Below are positions 18,093 through 22,069 of a stretch of 22,069 nucleotides of DNA, in pieces. Positions within the stretch are counted from its first letter, which is position 1. Every line of letters starts with the position of its first letter. Under the pieces are notes generated by a model, which saw nothing but the letters and a program-made list of their open reading frames with translations, was not told the DNA's origin and searched no databases. This DNA is from an uncultured Thermococci archaeon (GTDB lineage: Archaea > Methanobacteriota_B > Thermococci > Thermococcales > Thermococcaceae). Made by a program: the position numbers and the translations under genes. The stretch spans positions 4,896-26,964 of the forward strand of contig CAZTOS010000027.1 of NCBI GenBank assembly GCA_964615185.1, given 5' to 3'.

Positions 18093-19097
18093 TTAAAAAT
18101 CTTGCGATAAGAAGAGCTTTTCAAGATTGAATACTTTGAGACCAAATCGATTTAGCATTTCTTCAACTTGCTTTTTTGTAAGTCTGTAATCATAGACAAA
18201 TCCTCCGAAGCTTTCCCTTACAAGTTTCTCCTCAAATCCCATAACCTCAACCATAAGCTCTATAGCTTGCCCTTTTCGTTTCTCCAGGTTTTCAGTATTC
18301 TCTTTGAATTTCTCTAAAAATTCATAGAACAGGTTTTTGTTGAGATCCAAAAAGCTCAAATTAACTCCCAAAGCGCAGCAGGGATATTTCCCAAAATAAT
18401 CAGAGTAATGGTAGACATTGAAGCCCTTCTTTTTAAGCAGACTTAGATACGGCTCCCAGATGCTTATCCCATCTATCTCTCCTCTAAGGAAAGACTCCAC
18501 AGCATTTTCTGGATTTTTAAAGTATGTCACTTTTATATTCTTCAATCCCTTTTTCTCAAGGAACAACTTTAGCATGGTTTCCATTGTAGAAAGCTCAGAA
18601 GAGGCAATGGTTTTTCCTTCCTTGAGCTCTCCTCTCACAACGAGTCCGCTACCAGAAAATCCACATCCAGAAACAACTTTAATGCTTTTCATCAACAATG
18701 CATAAAGGATTTGAGTAATTAACGGCGAGCACGCTAAATCAACCTTTCCTATTGCAAGAGCATTCGTAAGCTCAAGGGCTGAGTTGTAAACCAAAACTCT
18801 AACATTGTACTTTTCTTTTAAATCATGAGCCGCCAAAAGGGCATGAGGATATTCAACAGCCCTTAAAAGTCCGAGTCTAAGAGTGTTTTTAATGGGAAAG
18901 GGCGCCTCATCAATAATCCATATTCTGTATGCTTTTTTCCCAATGTTTCTTTTTACAATAAGGTTCTCTTCTTCAAGACTTTCTAAGGCCTCAGCAATTG
19001 TCGAACGGGAATACCCCAACTCATACAGCTCACTTTGCAAAGCACCATCATGCCCCTTTGACTTTAAATAGCGCAAAATGTCATCTTTTGCACTCAT
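18093..19097 (-). CDS. Winged-HTH fused to a type-2 periplasmic-binding-fold domain (SsuA/NrtA/NMT1-like); putative cytoplasmic regulator
   Basis: N-terminal LQSEL..GYSRSTIAEALESLEEENLIVKR wHTH; downstream GKVDLA, GEIDGISIWEPY and YPCCAL. No signal peptide. Confidence 0.7.
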   Translation of the reverse strand: MSAKDDILRYLKSKGHDGALQSELYELGYSRSTIAEALESLEEENLIVKRNIGKKAYRIWIIDEAPFPIKNTLRLGLLRAVEYPHALLAAHDLKEKYNVRVLVYNSALELTNALAIGKVDLACSPLITQILYALLMKSIKVVSGCGFSGSGLVVRGELKEGKTIASSELSTMETMLKLFLEKKGLKNIKVTYFKNPENAVESFLRGEIDGISIWEPYLSLLKKKGFNVYHYSDYFGKYPCCALGVNLSFLDLNKNLFYEFLEKFKENTENLEKRKGQAIELMVEVMGFEEKLVRESFGGFVYDYRLTKKQVEEMLNRFGLKVFNLEKLFLSQDF

Positions 19098-19178
19098 AGT
19101 TTAGAATTCAAAGCAAGGATTTATAGAGTTATCCCCCACACAGTTAACTTAGTACAGAAAAGCAAAATAAAAAAGAAA

Positions 19179-19367
19179 TCAATGGACGTTCTTAGCTTTC
19201 TTCCACTTCTTTGACCAGCTGTACTTCCTCAACCTTCTGCTCTTTCCAAAGCCACAGGCAGCACAGTAGCCCTTTCTAACATTGTAGGCTTTCTTCCCAC
19301 ATCTTCTGCACTTTATGTGAGTAGGAGTCCTATTTCTCTTTCCATGGGGCGCTGTTCCGCTTCCCAC
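19179..19367 (-). CDS. rpl37e: 50S ribosomal protein L37e
   Basis: [17 protein letters not shown] zinc ribbon; downstream of the Sm gene, the usual archaeal linkage. Confidence 0.97.
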   Translation of the reverse strand: MGSGTAPHGKRNRTPTHIKCRRCGKKAYNVRKGYCAACGFGKSRRLRKYSWSKKWKKAKNVH

Positions 19368-19378
19368 CGAGAATCACC

Positions 19379-19609
19379 TCACTCAGTTTCTACTGGTGAA
19401 ATAGCCAACACATTGTCTCCTCTAATTACAATCTTACCATACTTCTTTGTTACCTCGCCGCCCTCAATAAGCTGAGCATCTGCAAGGACAACATTCAGGT
19501 GAATGTCATAACCGATAAGCTTGCCTCTAAACTCGAATCCTTTCTTAAGTATAACCAACACATCCTTGTCCAGGGACCTGTGTATAACATCAAGTGGTCT
19601 TTCCGCCAT
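19379..19609 (-). CDS. Sm-like archaeal protein (SmAP1/Lsm)
   Basis: MAERPLDVIHRSL, GYDIHLNVVL (Sm1) and IVIRGDNV (Sm2). Confidence 0.96.
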   Translation of the reverse strand: MAERPLDVIHRSLDKDVLVILKKGFEFRGKLIGYDIHLNVVLADAQLIEGGEVTKKYGKIVIRGDNVLAISPVETE

Positions 19610-19790
19610 TTCTCTTCCCTCCTAAATAATCAAAGCTAAAGCTCACATTCATAACGGAAAAATTGGTTTATAACTCTTTCGTATCACAGCCCTAAAATGT
19701 TCTATTAGGCACCAACTTTGATAAAACATCAAAGGATATTCCACAAAGTTTTTAGGATTTTGAAGTATCACACCTTAAGGTGGTGAAGGC

Positions 19791-21503
19791 ATGAAGATAG
19801 ACAAGTATGAAATCCTTTCAGATTTGATGAGAAGAAGGGGCTTTGCATGGGGGAGCTTTGAAATTTATGGTGGAGCGAGAGGTTTTTACGATTACGGTCC
19901 TCTTGGAGCAACGATAAAGAGAAAGATTGAGCGTAAAATCAGAGAAGCCTTTCAGAGAGAGGGCTTTTTTGAGCTTGAAACCCCGGACATAACTCCTGAG
20001 GAAGTCTTCATAGCTTCAGGTCACGTTGAGAAGTTCGTTGATCCCTTAGTTGAGTGTACCAAGTGCCACGCAAGATACAGAGCAGACCATCTCATCGAGG
20101 AGAACTTGGACATTGATGTTGAAGGCTTGAGCGCTGAAGAGCTCACTAAGATAATAAGAGAAAATGGTATAAAATGCCCTCAGTGTGGCGGAGAGCTAAG
20201 CGATGTGTGGTATTTTAACTTGATGTTCGAGACGTATATCGGCCCTTACAAGGATAAGAAAGGGTATTTAAGGCCGGAAACTGCCCAAGGTATTTTTGTG
20301 AACTTTAAGAGGCTCAACGCATTTGCAAGAAACAAGCTCCCATTCGGCGTGTTCCAGATTGGAAAAGCATACAGAAATGAAATTTCACCAAGGCAAGGGA
20401 TGATTAGACTTAGAGAGTTCACCCAGGCTGAGGTTGAAATATTCTTCAACCCAAAAGAGACCGAGCATCCACACTTTGATGAAGTCAAAGACGAGGTTGT
20501 AAGGCTCTACCCCATTGAACACCAGCTTAAGAACTTGGGGATGATTGAGATAACTCTTGAAGAAGCTGTTAAGAAAGGCTATGTCATGAACACATTTTTT
20601 GCCTACTACATGGCTATGGTGAAAGGAATCCTTCTCGACATAGGCATTCCAGAAAAGGCAATACGATTTAGACAACAACTCCCGGAGGAAAGGGCACATT
20701 ATTCAAGCGACACATGGGACGTTGAAATTTACAGCGAAAGATTTGGATGGATTGAGTGTGTTGGTATTGCATACAGAGGAGATTACGACTTGAGCAGACA
20801 CATGAAGATGAGTGGTGCTGATTTGACAGTCATGATTCATTATGATGAGCCGAAGATTGTGAAAAAGCTTAAAGTAAGCCTAAATATGAAAAGAGTTGGT
20901 CCAAAGCTTAAGAAAGACGCAAAAAGAATAAACGAGAAGCTCAAAGAAATGAGCGAAGAGGAACTCAAAAAACTTGTCAAGAGCTTAGAAGTAACTGGAA
21001 AGGCCATAATTGATGGGTATGAGCTTGAGAGGGAGGACTTTATAATCAAAGAAGTTGAAGAAAAGATAACAGGTGAAAAAATTGTCCCTCACGTCTTAGA
21101 GCCAAGTTTTGGTATTGACAGACCATTCTATCTCCTCCTTGAGAACTCACTGACGATTGATGAGGACGGAAGAATTTACCTTAAGATAAAGAAGGACATG
21201 GCTCCAATAGAGGTCGCCGTTCTGCCATTAGTTGCAAAGGAGCCACTAATAACGATAGCCTACAACGTCTTTAGAACATTGCAAAAAGCTGGGTTCATAG
21301 CAGTTTATGATGAAAAAGATACAATTGGGAGGAGATATGCGAGATACGACGAAATTGGAACTCCATACTGTGTGACCATTGACAATCAAACACCGGAAGA
21401 CAACACCGTAACAATCAGAGACAGAGATACGAGGGAGCAGATTAGGGTCAAGATCGGCGAATTACCAGAGAAGCTGAAGGAGCTCATCTTTGGCTCCTCT
21501 TGA
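19791..21503 (+). CDS. glyS: Glycine--tRNA ligase (alpha2 type)
   Basis: YDYGPLG, YLRPETAQG, RNEISPRQG..RLREF, EPSFGIDR and the anticodon domain IGRRYARYDEIGTP. Confidence 0.97.
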   Translation: MKIDKYEILSDLMRRRGFAWGSFEIYGGARGFYDYGPLGATIKRKIERKIREAFQREGFFELETPDITPEEVFIASGHVEKFVDPLVECTKCHARYRADHLIEENLDIDVEGLSAEELTKIIRENGIKCPQCGGELSDVWYFNLMFETYIGPYKDKKGYLRPETAQGIFVNFKRLNAFARNKLPFGVFQIGKAYRNEISPRQGMIRLREFTQAEVEIFFNPKETEHPHFDEVKDEVVRLYPIEHQLKNLGMIEITLEEAVKKGYVMNTFFAYYMAMVKGILLDIGIPEKAIRFRQQLPEERAHYSSDTWDVEIYSERFGWIECVGIAYRGDYDLSRHMKMSGADLTVMIHYDEPKIVKKLKVSLNMKRVGPKLKKDAKRINEKLKEMSEEELKKLVKSLEVTGKAIIDGYELEREDFIIKEVEEKITGEKIVPHVLEPSFGIDRPFYLLLENSLTIDEDGRIYLKIKKDMAPIEVAVLPLVAKEPLITIAYNVFRTLQKAGFIAVYDEKDTIGRRYARYDEIGTPYCVTIDNQTPEDNTVTIRDRDTREQIRVKIGELPEKLKELIFGSS

Positions 21504-21585
21504 CTTTTCTCCAAATTATTCTTGCCACAGTGAAAAGGACAATACCACTTAAGAAGCCAGAGAGATAAATTAATCCTGCATCCAT
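21484..21585 (-). CDS. Putative 33-aa single-pass membrane peptide; not in the ORF track
   Basis: MDAGLIYLSGFLSGIVLFTVARIIWRKVKRSQR: hydrophobic helix with GxxxG and a basic tail. TATA-like CTTAATAA lies ~20-26 nt upstream. Confidence 0.55.
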   Translation of the reverse strand: MDAGLIYLSGFLSGIVLFTVARIIWRKVKRSQR

Positions 21586-21678
21586 CTTTTACTCGCCATG
21601 CTTTTATTAAGCTTCAAGGACATTAATAGTTTTGTGCATGGCTGAGATTTTTAAACCTAAAATGCTACTAAAACTATC

Positions 21679-22069
21679 ATGAACCAAAAGATCCACCTCA
21701 TTTACAAGCGTATTCCTAACAGAGTCCTTGAGAGATACGATGAACTCATAGCAGACTTAGGAGACATCATAGTTGCCAAGTCCAGATTTTATGGAATGCT
21801 CACGCCTCTTTACGTAAATGGGATTAAGGTCATTGAAAATGACTACACAATGATTTACTTCGCCTTTATCGGCAGAAATTACGATGTTTTGAAAGTTTAC
21901 GATAAAGAGGGTAACTTCAAAGGACTCTACGTGGACGTTTTGGCTTACACAAAGAGACATGGAGACACTCTAGAGATGCTCGACCTATTTTTAGACATAT
22001 TCATCTTCCCAAATGGCGAAGCTTTCTTGTTAGATGAAGACGAGCTTGAAATGGCTCTCAATTATGGTC
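21679..22069 (+). CDS. DUF402 family protein (partial, runs off the window)
   Basis: Open frame MNQKIHLIYKRIPNRV..KGLYVDVL..LDLFLDIFIFPNG..LLDEDEL. TTTTAAA ~25 nt upstream suggests a leaderless mRNA. Confidence 0.85.
   Translation, partial: MNQKIHLIYKRIPNRVLERYDELIADLGDIIVAKSRFYGMLTPLYVNGIKVIENDYTMIYFAFIGRNYDVLKVYDKEGNFKGLYVDVLAYTKRHGDTLEMLDLFLDIFIFPNGEAFLLDEDELEMALNYG

Noticed and set aside
996..21960. Remaining short ORFs antisense to or nested in the called genes
   Set aside because: They are shadow frames of well-supported genes, with no motifs or translation signals.
1..22069. CRISPR array, tRNA/rRNA genes, integrase or provirus, inteins
   Set aside because: No regularly spaced repeats, cloverleafs or integrase motifs were seen, and housekeeping proteins are of ordinary length.

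Overview
Archaeal chromosomal window, almost certainly Thermococcales (CGP-CTERM protein, archaeal ribosomal proteins L35Ae/L37e, Sm, Trm1, GlyRS, BRE/TATA promoters). Most of it is housekeeping: signal peptidase, peptidases, methyltransferases, MATE, VIT1 and two type II TA pairs. It also has two convergent box C/D guide RNAs in the first 500 bp. The accessory part is 4113-12200 on the minus strand. It holds a ~1317-aa secreted multidomain protein (lamin-tail, CARDB/Ig, Ca-binding DxDxDG repeats, C-terminal CLCA-like HExxH metalloprotease) split by a 1-nt frameshift. This is translationally coupled to a small CGP-CTERM surface protein, which is followed by an orphan, diverged copy of the protease's C-terminal motif (PYTGVGY). 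That arrangement suggests a polymorphic effector/immunity cassette array. The array is cut by a TnpA-less IS200/IS605 element (RHH gene + frameshifted tnpB). Its two flanks do not belong together: the right flank is inside an S9 peptidase gene that has lost its 5' end, implying an IS-mediated deletion or rearrangement. Two short ORFs missing from the ORF track were found (51-aa RHH protein, 33-aa membrane peptide). All family assignments come from motif recognition, not database searches.
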